Assembly: GCF_018977255.1 (NCBI RefSeq)
Contig: NW_024704762.1
Location: 9,238,001 to 9,302,000, forward strand
Length of the DNA stretch: 64,000 nucleotides
Reading direction: 5' to 3'
Source of the DNA: Callorhinchus milii
Lineage: Eukaryota
Notes under the pieces: model-generated
The model's database searches: none
Seen by the model: only the letters and a program-made list of their open reading frames with translations
Told to the model about the DNA's origin: nothing
Program-made: the position numbers and the translations under genes
Shown here: piece after piece, positions 27,040 through 40,166 of the stretch
How positions within the stretch are numbered: position 1 is the stretch's first letter
Layout: every line of letters begins with the position of its first letter

Positions 27040-30000
27040 TAACGAAGAGAGAGATACACACAGACACACACACAGAACGAGAAACACACCCACACACTCA
27101 CACGTACACACAACACACGGAGATTAAGGACGAGACTGTAGCTGAATTCTTCTTGGCTTTCAGGAATCTAAAACTATATCCAAATGCTTTCAATTAAAGT
27201 TACGTGTCTCCAGCATTTCCCGGCAGGCTCTGTGCCCTTTAACCAATATTGGTAGCTCAGTGTTACTCCCCGCAGTGCACTGCCCGCAGACAATAAGTCT
27301 TGGACAAAGATTTTCGGTTCCTGCATCTGTGGTTAAAAAAGCTCGTCCTGAAACAAGCAAGGGTTGGGGGGCCGGGCGGGGGGTGGGGGGTGGGGGGGAA
27401 GGAAGGGGGACGTGTATATAATTAAACAGATCAGATACTGATTCAGCACAAAATCCATTGTTCTTCACACAGCGACACACATCCCTTCATATCGGACATC
27501 TGATCGTGAGTTGGACAAAGCCAGAGAGAGGGAGCGAGAGACCAGCACAAGCAGAACAACACACGGAGTCACACAGAGAGAAAGAGACGCTTATACAGAG
27601 ACACACGGAGGGACAGAGAGAGTGACAGCTCTACTGTAACCTAGGAGTGTGGACTGTTAGTGTAGAGGGAGCTTTACTGTGTCCCTCACCCTGACCTGGG
27701 AGTGTGGACGCACATTGTAGACTCGGAGGGAGCGTTATTGTGTCTCTAACCCTGGGAGTGCAGGATACAGAAACAAGCTGCCAAGTTATAACCAGATTGC
27801 CCGAGGGCACACGGCGCTGAGTCGGGGAAGCTGAGAACGAGTGTATAAACCTCTCGTCCCCAGGGCCAACGTTCCTCCTCCTCCTCCTCACCTCGAATGT
27901 GCCAGAGAAAGAAAATGCGAATTGAAAATGAGAGGACGGAAATTTTACACGGATTGGAAGGAAATAATAATAATAATAATCCTTGCACTTGACACAGTCG
28001 CCTTATCGCGTCTTCGGGACGTCTCAAAGCGCTTCACGGGATACACCGCCAAGTGAATTGACCGTATGTTTTGTGGGCGAAACGCGGCAGCCAATTGTGC
28101 ACAGCGACGTCTCCACAAACAGTCGTGGATTGAGTGATCAAGTTACTGTGCTATTATTTTATTTATTTGAAGGGATTATTACCCTAAATAAAACTCCCGC
28201 CAGCTTGCAGATCTGACGACCAGTTACCGTCATTGAAACACATCTCGTTAATCCCCCCTGAGCAAAAGCCCCGGCTCCTCTTCTCCCCTTCTCCCCCTTC
28301 CCCCCTTTCCCCTCCCTCTCTCCTCTCCCGCCCCCATCACCTCCCCAGAATCAGCCCAGTAGGTTCATGGCCAGGCTGGGTCTCCAGGACCCAGGGGAAG
28401 CCACGAGACGGCCTCATTCCCTCTCCCAGGCTGAAGCTGGTGGTATTTTTGGAACCTTCTGTCCTACATAACTCACCCCCAGAAGATGGATTCATTCCGT
28501 GTTGGAGCGTTAGCGCTAACTGGTTCAACTGCAGAGACGTGTGCAGTCAATGGCCAGGAAACTGACTGCACTTTACAACGAAATAATAATCATCATCATC
28601 ACCATAACAATCCTTGCATGTGATACAGCCCCTCATCACATCAGGTTATGTTATCAAGTGGAGTGACTGTGTATTTTGTGGGCGAAACGCGGCAGCCAAT
28701 TCCCATCGGCTTCCTTCCTACTTACTGCTGGGTAAACTGGTAGGTGTGTGTGTGTGTGTGGAGCGAGGAAACTCGCCCAAGGTTTCGCCCTGACCTGCCC
28801 GAGATTCCTCTCGCTAACCACTACACTACGGGAATCCGTGGCTAATCCCGTGAAGTGCCGGCGAGTGGGAACGCCGGGGTTTCCCCAATCGGCAGACGGA
28901 CACGTGGCACGAGAGAGGGAAACACGAGGAGAAGCGAGTGGAAGGCGGAGAGGATAGCAAAGGGGGCGAGGTTAAATTTAGAAGCGAAAGAGTTGAGCCG
29001 AGAGGAAAAACAGGTGAGCGAGGACCTGTGGATTAACCTTGTCACGCACAGACACCCCCACCCCCCACACACACACAGATACATGCTCAGTTAACCCTGC
29101 AGCAACTGCCTGAACAACCCCCCCACCCTCTCCATCCCGGCTACAACACATTGTCACCGTTTGTCCTGTTAAGCATCCAAGACACTAACCCTGCACGAAG
29201 GGCAATGTATAAATGCAAGGTGATGTTGTTGTTGTTTGCACTTTAACATTACCCTGAGCCTGGCTTCCCCTCACACCCCACCCCCTCCTCCACCCCACCC
29301 CCCATCCCGTTCCCCCCACTCCACCCCCCACTCACCTGTGGGGCAGCGATGTCCAGGGCGGGGTTCGTGAGCTCTATTTTGTCCTGGGATTTCTCTCTGG
29401 CCAATCGAGCCGCTTCCTTCACCTCCTGGAATTTTTCGGCAAACTAAGAGAAAAATATAACGGGGAATGGGACGTCAGCAAAGCCCGGATCGGGGGGAGG
29501 GGCAGGGCCGGGGGGAGGGCAGAGCATCGAGGGGCACAAGACCCCACTCACGAGCGCTGACATACCTGCGCTCACTTTACCTGTGCTCAGGTCCTGGTTG
29601 CTGGCCTGTACCTGTACTCGTGTACCTGCGCTGGCTCAGGGACCTGTGATGTACGTACCTGCGCTAGCTGTTGCTCGGAGCTGAAGCCCAGGCCGTACAC
29701 GGTGTTGGCCCGGCTGTCTGCCCACTGGCCGAACTTCTGGGAGGTTTTCGTGAAGGACATGTTGGGGGTGATGGTGCTGTTGATGATCGCCTGAAAGAGA
29801 GACAGTCACAGCGAGGAGCCGGTGAGGAGCCAAGACATCCAGAGCCGGGGAGTGGGTGGGGGGGGAAGAAGGGTGGGGCGGGGAGGGGATGGAACGAAGG
29901 TGGTCAGTGGGCGGTTGGGGTGGTGGAGGAGAGGAGTGGGGGGGGGGCGGGGCAGTGGAGACCCACCTTGGTGCCGCCCACGCTGATGATACGGTACACA

Positions 30001-33000
30001 TTGCGGTTGCTGTCGTAGAAGTAGGAGACGGTGACGGCATGTTTGCTCGCCGGAATCCAGTTGCGCTTCGTGGCCGGGTCAATCTGGAACACGTGAGCTC
30101 GAGCACTGAAGATAGGCTGCTCCCTGCAGAGAGAGAGAGAGAGAGAGAGATAGAGAGTGAGGGGGAGAGGGAGACGGTCACAGAGAGAGGGAGAGATACA
30201 CACAGAGACACAGAAAGAGAGAGACACAGAGACTCAGTCACACAGAGAGAGAGGGAGAGAGACACAGAGAGAGAGAGAGAGACAACAGCAACAACAGCGC
30301 ACTGGATTTATTCAGCGCTTTTCACGTCGGGAGGACGTCCCAGGAAACAGAGACACATGACACGTCGCAGGTTTTAAACCCCGTAGAGCGACACAGTTTA
30401 GCCAAAGGTCCCGCAAAAGTCTCGCCGGGTTTCGTAAAGCCCACGTGACCAGACGAGACTTGATTTTTAACGATCAGCAAACAAATATGTGAATGGAAAA
30501 GTGGAGGAAATAATATTTGTAAATCCTGCAAAGCTCTAATTTGTTAGATCGCTGCCCAAACGCCCCCCCCCACGGTTCCTCCGGCTCAGTGGCAGGGTCC
30601 CTCCCAGGCTCAGTGTGTCATCTGCTCCATATAAACGTGCCCAATCTATCTCTTTCGCTCTTGCTCCCTTTTACTCTCCCTCTCCCGCTTGCTCTCCCCT
30701 CTCTTTCTCTCTCCTCTTCATCTCCAACCAAGCGTGTTCTTGCCAAACCAAAGCTAAGGGCAGAGGGCGTGGTGTGCCTTTCAGCTCCCGTTGTGCCTGC
30801 GAACCAAAGCCCTACGGTAGGGTGATCCCAGCTGGACAAGCAGCGGGAAGCTAACCGGATAGAGCTCATGTGTGTCAGACACCCGGCTGACCTAAAAAGC
30901 ACAGGCGGGGAAAACGATCCAATCGAGGTTCCACAATCAATCCTCCGCTAGAAATCAGGGAGATTCACACCAAATTGGGCTCAATCTCAGAGTGGCTTAA
31001 ATCAGACTTTTCTCTCGCTTTTGGGGCAGTGTCCCCCGCAGCAGGACTCCGAAATAGCCTTGTGTTTAGTAGGTCGATTGAGTGCTGAGCTGTGGGGACG
31101 GAGCTGGAAAGTGGGCTTGAGGACAAGGATGACCCAAACGATGGGGACATGAGGGGTTGAAGCATTTCACTTCATCCCAGGCTGTAAATGTCTCTCTCTC
31201 TCTCTCCTCTATATATACAGTGTATAACACACACACACAGCTCACAGCAATACTCGGGGTCACTGCACATCTAGGTTAGTTTGCGAGAGAAATGTGTCGA
31301 GAGAGAGGAAAGGAGGAGAGGAAGGGAGGGAGGGAGCGGTCGTTGCAGGCATTTTTTTCTCCCTCTTTGACTGGTCACAGCGATGCTGAAAGTGATTGTG
31401 TGCAGAGAGGAGGCACCTGATCCAGCAGTTGCCTGTAACTCTCAGGAGGGGAGGGGTGGGGGGGTGGAGGGGGATTAAGATTTAATCTCTTTTATCCGCG
31501 AGCGATTCGCCAACACAGAACTCTTCATTTCCCGAATTCCGACCATTGTCCGTGATCTGGGAGGACTGAGATCCCTGGCATGCCTGACCGACCGCGTTTC
31601 CGGATGGATTTCAGGCAATTTGTCTTGAATAATAATAATAATAATCCTTGCTTTCGACACAGCGCCTTATCACGCCTTCGTGGAGTGACTGTGTATTTTG
31701 TGGGCAGCCAATTGCGCACAGCGACGTCCCACAAACCGTCCATGGATTGAGTAACCACTTTTGTTAAAAAAAAAAGGGCTTATTACCCCCGGAAAGTCAC
31801 TACTTACTTACTGCTGGTAAACAGAGGCATGTGTGTGTGTGCGGAGTAAGGAAACTTTCCCAAGGTTTCTCCCTGCCCCGTCTCTGCTTCTTCAGGTGGA
31901 CATTAAAGATCCCGGGGGCTACCGGGAAAAAAAATCAAGGGGGAGTTTCTCCCTCCAGGTGTCTTGGCTGACAATCTTTCGGAAGAATTGTGTGTCGCTC
32001 AGTTCACGGCTGTTTGTGGGACGTGGCTGAGTGTAACGCTCGCCTACAAAATACACGCACTGGCTGCGTTTCACAGTAAATCCTGTGAAGCGGTTTGAGA
32101 CGTCCTCCCGACCTGAAAGGCGTTGGATCAAACCCAAGGAATGCGCTGAAACCCTAACCTTCCACACACCGGGGTGTTCAGGGGGGGGAAAAAAAATATT
32201 GTGAATGATCGCACACCCAAGCAAACAATCACAACATCTAAAAGCCTCCGTCCGGCGTGTGCAGCTTTCATCTTATTCAACAACTCAACACTTAGCGTCT
32301 ACACAGCAACTGAGCCCTGAAGCGCGAGACTTTCTCACTCTAGCCCTCTCTCTCCATCCCTTCCTCTCTCCCAATCCACATCATCTTCCTCTCTTCCTCC
32401 CCGTCTCGCTCTCCCTTCCTCCTGCTCGGCACTGGGTGACATGATCATCCATCAGTGAATCCCCCGGTCACTTAAGCCCGTGTGATTTTGTGCACCCCCT
32501 TTCCTCCCAAACACGAGTAATTACCTTCCCAGACATTTGAGAACAAGACGCAGGTTCGAATGAGAAAAGAGCTTCGAGTCCTTCAACACCTCTTCCTTCA
32601 GTCCTTGCCTCCCCCACCACCCACCCAACAACCTCCCCACAGTGGGCACAGGCTTCACCACCCTTCACCCCCACACCCCAGTGCTCTTCCCCTCCCCACC
32701 CACTGAGGATCCTATATTCAGACACTCCCTAGACCTCAAACCAACTAACAGCACAACACTCCCCCATAGCCACACATCCACGTAACCAACCACTCAGTCT
32801 CCTAACAGCCCCTTTCCTTCTGTCCTCCAAACCCTGACCACCCTCCTCAACACATACACAGGGCACCAAAACCCTCACACCCACTCCTCTTCCCCCCCAC
32901 CCCACCCCACACACCATCCCCGAAGCACCCAGTCTTTCTCTGACTCTCTCCTCTCTTTCCTTCCTTCACTCCTGCTCGACACGCAGTGACACGGTTGTTA

Positions 33001-36000
33001 AAACTTTAGTTTCAAAGCTCACCCACCTGAACCCCAAGTCACCTTCGCTGCTTTTCCCGTAATCCTCCGGGATGTACGCCAGGAACCCGCGCTCCATCTG
33101 TGCTGCCCAACACTTCCCAGTGACTGACCGACCGACCAACCGACCGGACACTCTCTCGGAGTTACATACAGCGCCCGAACACTGTGAGCTCAGCCGCAGG
33201 AGTGGGCCAGTAAATACAGCCGCACTCAGTCAGTGTCACAGTCTTCTTCCCCTGCTCTACTTTCCGTCCTGGCCTGCCCTTCATTGAGTAATGATATTCC
33301 CTATTTTTAGCACCGATGTGTATTACCTTACATTTCCTCCGCATTAGAAGCACCAGCTGCTTTCATCTGCCGGCTTCCTGGCTCGGTGAGCGTGTGTGAG
33401 TGTGCGTTTGAGAGTGCGTATGTTACGTGTGAGAGTGAGTTTCAGAGTATCTAGATGTGAGAGTGACTGTGAGAGTGCGTCGGTGTGAGAGTGAGTGTGA
33501 GAGTGTGCAGGTGTGAGTGTATTTGTGCTAATATCCCCCCATTACAAAGCCCAGCTTCCCACATCACTTCCAATGCCCTCACGGTCAAGGTCAAAGGACA
33601 TTTCTAGGAATCCCCTCCCAGGTCTCTGAGATGGATACCTGAGCCAACATCCAAACTTTCACCAGATAGTTGTGGGCTCGAACCCCAAGTTGATCGAGTC
33701 TTTGAGCTCCTAGTCTAGGCTGAAGCTCCAAGGCAGCGCTGGGTGAGGAGTGAGGTGGTGGGGTGGGGGAGGAAAAAAAAAAGGTGTTAAGAGCACCAAA
33801 CTGCCAGAGACTCCATCCTACGAATGAGACGTTAATCTGAGGTCACATCTGCCCGGCTCTTCAACTGGACATTAAAGACATTTATTAGTAAAGGGGAGTT
33901 TCTGTTCCCCCGTCCCCCGCACCACCCGCACCCCCCGTGTCCTCAGCAATGAACCACCAGATAAATTGTTTGTTGGCTTCGTGGCTGTACAGCGCGATGT
34001 TGCCGAGTGCACAACTGGTTGCCTGCAAATAAGCAGTTACTAGACTTTGACAACAGCAACGTTGTCTGTGAAGTGTCTGGAGATGGTTTGATATACAATT
34101 GGACGAGGCATCAAGAAGCAGGGACTGGAATCGTCTTATTTCATAGCAAATCAGGTACAACGGTGACAGGTTTTCTCAATGAAGAAGGGGTTGAATCAAT
34201 TTTCCAGCTTAAGAAAATACATCCGCGTGACTGAAGATCGAGAGAGGACAATGATCCAGCATTTTGGGGGGTAAAAAATTCTCTTTTAAAAAAAAAAGGC
34301 ATGAATAATAGCAAGTGGGTTATCCATTTAACGTGACTTGCGAATGTAAAGGTTTGGGGAGGGGGAACAAGGATAAATTTAGCAAACCTCAGGCGAGGTT
34401 AGATGAAATACCTGGTTTCTTTTGCCCCCTATAGAGTACGGTTATGTAGAGCAGATGAAAAAGCAATTAACATCGTGTCAATTAATTCCAGTAACAGGAG
34501 AAACAGATGGAGAAAGTGCCAGTTTGCGACGTACGTAAGCACTTTACGTAACCTGCCCTGGTTTGAAAGATGGGATTGAAGGTCAGATTAAAAAAAAAAA
34601 TACCTTTTCTCATTTCAAATCCTGTAGCTCAGTGGTTAGAGCTCTCGCGTCGCGAGCGAGCGAGAGGATTCGGGTTCGATTCCCGGGCGGGTGAAACGTT
34701 GGTCAAGTTTCCTTACTCCACACACACACACACACACACACGCCTCTGTTTACCCAACAGTAAATAGGAACTCGGTTGTTAGTCGATTGGCGGATCGCTT
34801 TCCCGGGGATAATAATCCCTTTTAAAAAAAATATTGTCACTCAATCCACGAATGTTTGCGGGGACGCTGCTGTGCGCAATTGGCTGCCGGGTTTCATCCA
34901 CAAAATGTGCAGTCAATTCGCTTTACAGTGTATTCTGCGAAGCGCATTGAGACGTCTCGAAGACGTGATAAGGCGCTGTATCAAATGCGAGGATTATTAT
35001 TATTGTTGTTGTTATTATATAAAAAATAGCTTAGATTCCAAGTGAGGACAGAGATTTACAAGTGCAAAGCTGGATGGTATGAGGGCGCCTCTGTCTCTGC
35101 TGCTATCAGTACAGAAAGCACCATTCGTGAAGGTTATCAGCTTACATGTTACCAAGTTTGCTGATTTATCTTTGTGGGTCAGCGAGTGATTGCACTGTGC
35201 TTCCCTTCAACAGATTAAATACTGTACTGTACGTCTCTGACAGATTGCAGGGTAACAACGTACAGGAACAGAAAAAATCGCCAATGTGCTCGACTCTAAA
35301 GCAACAAAAGATACACAATGTTTTTCAATAAACCATCCTCGCCTTTCGCGGCCTCGTCTCGCTGTGAAGTCTAGACACCGTGTGTTTTTGTAGGCGTTCA
35401 CTCCATTTCACAGTAAAATCCTGCGAAGCGCTTCAGGGAGCGTAGGCACAGGAGCTTAGGCCATTCAACCCCTCGAGCCTGTTCCGCCATTCGGTAAGAT
35501 CATGGCTGACCGGTACCTCAACACCAATTACCCACACTTGGCCCCATAGCCAACAACAACAACGTGCACTTATATAGCGCCCTCCGGGCAGGGTAGCGTC
35601 TCAGAGCGCTTAAATATATCCCTCGATACCCTGACCTAACCAATATCTATCCACGATGTGATGAGACACTCCATCAACCGCAAGAATTGTTTAGTTATTT
35701 TTGAAAAAAAAAAGGAAGAGCGAGGTTTCTAATGATTCACCCTCAAGCGAGCTGTAGATGCGAACATTTTGCGCCTGGGATAAAATGCAACGTAATAAAT
35801 GTGAATTATTCGTCCAAAGCTCTCATTAACAGCCTGGCTCCGTGTGGCTCTGAGGTGGTGTAAAGCAATAAAAAAATGCAACGCACAAGGAGATAAATTC
35901 CCCACCCTCCACCCACACACACCCACACACACACACCCACACACACATCACTCTCTCTCACACACCGCTGAGTTCCGCTGCTCTCACTCCGGTAACATTG

Positions 36001-38266
36001 TCGTCACTCACTGCTCAATCGGTGAAAATTGAGGAAATCAGGGCGCGTTTAGAAGGTAATAATGATAATAATAATAATACTTGCATTTGATATAGAGCCT
36101 TATCACGTCGTTGAGACGTCTCAAAGCGCTTCACAGAATATACAGAAGTGGATAAGACTGCGTATTTTGTGGGCGGAACACGGCAGCCAATTGCGCACAG
36201 CAGCGTCCCCCAAACAGTCGTGGATTAAGGGAACAAAAGCGTCTGCAAATACACCACCAATCCGCAGTGCAAAGTACAGTATTGTTGTTCAGCGCAAACA
36301 CTCGCCTCGTGGTGGGCGACATCTAAGCCAGTGCTGGACCAGCCTGAACCCAAGGCAAACAGGGGGTCGACCCCCCCCCCAGACACATGACGAGACACCG
36401 TTATGTTACTGAAGCATGCAACATCAGGCACCCGGAGGCATGGTGGGGGGTGGGGGGGAGCGGGGGATTGGGACAATGATGTACCCAACACCCAACGTGT
36501 TACCGAATAGGCTCCCGAGGGAGACGGACGCTGGAAGCAGAGAGAGTTGATCTTTCGAGAAGAAATGAGTTCGATATCTGTTCGGAAACAATATGGTGAG
36601 GATACAGTGTATAGATGTGTTCGGAAACAATATGTTGAGGTTACAGTGTATAGATGTGTTCGGAAACAATGTCGAGGGGATACAGTGTATAGATGTGTTC
36701 GGAAACAATGTCGAGGGGATACAGTGTATAGATGTGTTCGGAAACAATATAGTGAGGATACAGTGTATAGATGTGTTCGGAAACAATATAGTGAGGATAC
36801 AGTGTATAGATGTGTTCGGAAACAATATAGTGAGGATACAGTGTATAGATGTGTTCGGAAACAATATAGTGAGGATACAGTGTATAGATGTGTTCGGAAA
36901 CAATGTCGAGGGGATACAGTGGATAGTTTGGGACACGAAATGTGGCGACTGCCAGGATCGCGGAAGGTGGACCGGATGGACCTCGGTCTTCTTTTGTCTA
37001 ACAAGTTCTAATGCCACCCCTTTCACCCCCTTCACCCCCTCCACCCCCTCCACCCCCTCCACCCCCTTCACCCCCTCCACCCCCTTCACCCCCTCCACCC
37101 CCTTCACCCCCTTCACCCCCTCCACCCCCTTCACCCCCTCCACCTCCTCCATCCCCTCCAGGTCCACGTTAACTCCACACTCCATCCCCTCAACCAACTC
37201 TGTTCCCCAAAGTTGACGAAGAACTGTTTCGACAACGCTTTTGTTTGACCAACGCATGGAATGCATCAGGACTCGCAATACACCACTCTCTCCCCACACA
37301 CTCACTCTCACACTCACTCTCACACACAAACGCACTCACTCACTCTCACACACAAACACACTCACTCACTCTCACACACAAAGACTCACTCTCACACTCA
37401 CTCTCACACACAAACACTCACTCACTCTCACACACAAACACTCACTCTCACACTCACTCTCACACACAAACACTCACTCTCACACACAAACACTCCACAC
37501 ACAAACACTCACTCTCACACACAAAGACTCACTCACTTTCACACACAAACACTCTCACACTCACTCTCACACACAAACACTCACTCTCACACACAAACAC
37601 TCACTCTCACACACAAACACTCACTCTCACACACAAACACTCACTCTCACACACAAACACTCACTCTCACACACAAACACTCACTCTCACACTCACACAC
37701 AAACACTCACTCTCACACTCACTCTCACACAAAAACACACTCACTCTCACACTCACACAACAAAAACACATGTAGACTCAGAACTGATAGAGAGAGAGAG
37801 AGAGATAACCAGAGTCAGTGCCACAGATTGGAGGGGAAGGCATTTGGTCACAGGATTTCATTCAGTCTCAGTCTAAACGATACTTTCTTTCATTCCACAA
37901 AACAAAACCGCTCTCTTTTCTGTCCCTTTTCTCTCCTCTCAATTTTCCCTTTTCACCTCCGCCCTTCCCATTCCCATTCCCATTCCCCCCTTTCCACCAT
38001 TTCCATTTCTTTCCCCCTCTCACCCTCCCTCACCCCCCACCCCCCCCGATCCTTCTCTAACCCATTTCTCTACCCCTTTCCCCCCTTTTCCCCTCATCCA
38101 TCACCACCTCTCCCCCTCCTCAACCCCTCAACCCCAACCCCTAATCCCCAATCCCTCAGACTTTCTCGCTTATCCCCTCTCCCCCCTCTCTCCCCCCCCT
38201 CTCCCCCCCCCCCTCTCCCCCTCTCCCCCTCCCTCTCCCCCCCATTTACTCGCACACTCACCCCAT
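24501..38266 (-). CDS. HOMER3: Homer scaffold protein 3 (EVH1 + coiled coil), ~364 aa, 9 coding exons
   Basis: Exons 38266-38262 (ATG GG), 30123-29967, 29790-29659, 29443-29336, 26226-26081, 25584-25428, 25163-25053, 24953-24873, 24698-24501; 1095 nt in frame. EVH1 [28 protein letters not shown]..., HOMER3-type linker [12 protein letters not shown], leucine-zipper tail. The first exon is less certain than the rest. Confidence 0.93.
27635..27765. repeat. Degenerate ~55 bp tandem repeat (ggagtgtggac...gagggagctttactgtgtc)
   Basis: About 2.5 diverged copies; resembles a satellite-like repeat common in chondrichthyan genomes (from recall, unverified). Confidence 0.5.
34619..35017 (+). mobile_element. 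Full-length tRNA-derived Deu-core SINE (SacSINE1-like 3' half)
   Basis: A box TAGCTCAGTGG (~34625), B box GGTTCGATTCC (~34673), core gctgtgcgcaattggctgcc, L2-type tail gtgataaggcgctgtatcaaatgcgagg(att)n. Many partial copies across the window (e.g. ~8005, 27962, 36060, 42515, 50625, 51215, 52700). Confidence 0.9.
36574..36925. repeat. 39-bp minisatellite, 9 copies
   Basis: tgttcggaaacaat recurs at 36579, 36618, 36657, 36696, 36735, 36774, 36813, 36852, 36891. Confidence 0.97.
37013..37160. repeat. 9-bp tandem repeat CACCCCCT(C/T)
   Basis: Visible directly. Confidence 0.95.
37295..37770. repeat. Compound CACT/CACA/CAAA repeat (cactcactctcacacacaaa units)
   Basis: Visible directly. Confidence 0.95.
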
Positions 38267-38440
38267 CTTTCTGTCCACGATCCTCTTTCGCTCTCTCCTC
38301 TTCCTGGAGTCCCGGCGCTCGGGGTCTCTCCGTTTCTGCCCCGAGTCCCTGTGCTGCTGCTGTTGTTGTTGTTGCTGTTGCTCCCGGACTTGGCTGGAAT
38401 CGCCCGGGACTGCCCCCCCCGCTCCCCCCGCCTCCCCGGC

Positions 38441-38494
38441 GGGGCTGGGGTCGGGGTCGGGGTCGGGGTTGGGGTCGGGGTTGGGGTCGGGGTC
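38441..38494. repeat. (GGGGTC/GGGGTT)n hexamer repeat in the HOMER3 5' region
   Basis: About 8-9 copies. Confidence 0.9.
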
Positions 38495-38669
38495 CCACCC
38501 TCCGCCGCTGACTCCCTGCATTGGGCGCTCCGGGGGCGACCGGTAGCCTTTTTATTCGCCCCCCGTTGTCTCCGCTTCTTTGGTACACAATGTAACTAAC
38601 TAACGGTACTGGAGCTCAGCGACTGGGACTCGGTGCTGCCGTCTGGTGGGGCCACACCGGCACTGTCTG

Positions 38670-38948
38670 AGGGGGGTGTGGGGGGTGTGTGTGGGGGGGG
38701 TTGGGGTGTGTGTGTGGGTTGGGGTGTGTGTGTGGGGGGGGTGGGGGTGTGTGTGGGGGGGGTTGGGAGTGTGGGTGTGTGGAGGGGGGTTGGGGTGTGT
38801 GGGGGGGGGGTGGGGGTGTGTGTGGGGGGGGTTGGGAGTGTGGGTGTGTGGAGGGGGTTGGGGTGTGTGGGGGGGGGTGGGGGTGTGTGTGGGGGGGTGG
38901 GGGTGTGTGTGGGGGGGGGGTTGGGAGTGTGGGTGTGTGGGGGGGGGA
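38670..38948. repeat. G/T-rich low-complexity repeat upstream of HOMER3
   Basis: Visible directly. Confidence 0.9.
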
Positions 38949-40166
38949 GAGAGTGATGGAGGGACCATATGTGTTGAGTAGTCACTCAGAGTGGAGGGGA
39001 GGGAATGAGGGTCCAACTAAGAGAAGGACCACACAGAGATAAAGAGGGATGGAGTGAATGTGAGAGAGAGGGAGAGAAAAAGAAAAGACTTGAGAGAGAG
39101 AGAGAGAGAGGGAGTCAACGACATCCGCACACAACACAGAGGGGGTTAGAGTCTGTGGCACTCCCTTATTTCTCGGCGACGCTGCAATTTAGTTGCATCC
39201 AATTAACCGGAGCGCCATCGCAATTAGCCTCAAGGATCCGGGAAAGAGGGAATTCTGCAGGAGTGAGCCTCGCGTTCCGTCCAGCGCCTCGCAACGCCGG
39301 CAAGAAGTCTCAAAGCTCTTCACGGGATTTTACTGCTCGAAGCTCTTCACACAATGTTTTACCGCCATCGCACAAAACAACAGAAGTCGACCTCGGTTTA
39401 ACGTCTCATCCGAAGGACGACACCTCCAGCAACACAACACTGGAGTGTTAGTCCCAACATATGTCTCGGAAAGTCGTGCAGCTGTTCTATGTATAGAGTG
39501 GGCGAGAGCAATGAGTTAGGAGCGTATCAGGGAAGAGTAACATTTGGGAGGAACAACACAGGAATGTTTATAAATGTCTAGAATATTAAGAACATAAGGG
39601 AAGTATTTCGGCCACAAAATACCCAGTCTTTGCAGTATATTCTGTGAAGCGCTTTGAGATGTCTTGAAGACGTGATAAGGCGCTATATGAAATGCAGGGA
39701 TTATCATTATAAACACGGAGCAAACTCAAGGATGTCTCTGCCGGCGTAGGACACCCTACGGTCGACCAAAAAATGTTAAAAAGTTACTGCACCGAACTGT
39801 TGGCGGAGTGTTGTCCAACGCTGAGGCAGATTAAACAAATCATTTCGTGGCTGTGGGTCGGACCTTGCTGTGGGCAATTTGGCTGCCTGCCCAAAGATAC
39901 AAACATTACCCTTGGCAGCGACGTACGGCAGAGAGCTGTGCCACAAGGCGCTGAATCAAATGCAAGGATTATTATTGTTATTAACTTTTTTACCCGGGGC
40001 GAGAAAATCCCACACGGAGATCCCTAAAGATCGACAAAACTATCCAGTTCCTGATCACCTCGCCCCTTCTACCCACCCCCATCCAAACCAAAATAACTGC
40101 AGCAATCCCAGTAGATAAGTGACACCAGGCAGATGCACATTTAAGCAGATGCTGCCCCAGAGCTCG

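Noticed and set aside
30965-31165. Ser-rich ORF in HOMER3 intron 1 as an alternative N-terminus
   Set aside because: It ends in a stop without a convincing phase-2 donor, and no homology was recognised.
32520-32540. ATG TCT GGG AAG|GTAATT as an alternative HOMER3 first exon
   Set aside because: The phase-0 donor is incompatible with the phase-2 acceptor of exon 2.
34619-34695. tRNA-like sequence with A and B boxes (also ~241, 5345, 15000, 15990, 17225, 19310)
   Set aside because: Contiguous with the SINE core and tail, and lacks a proper acceptor stem: SINE heads, not tRNA genes.
36574-36925. Regularly spaced repeat resembling a CRISPR array
   Set aside because: The variable parts are only 11 bp and recur (two variants); there are no unique spacers or cas genes, and the context is a eukaryotic intron. 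It is a minisatellite.
36225-38511. Long overlapping ORFs (259, 303, 416 aa) with repeated peptides
   Set aside because: Translations of 39-bp, 9-bp and CACT repeats; no splice or domain support.
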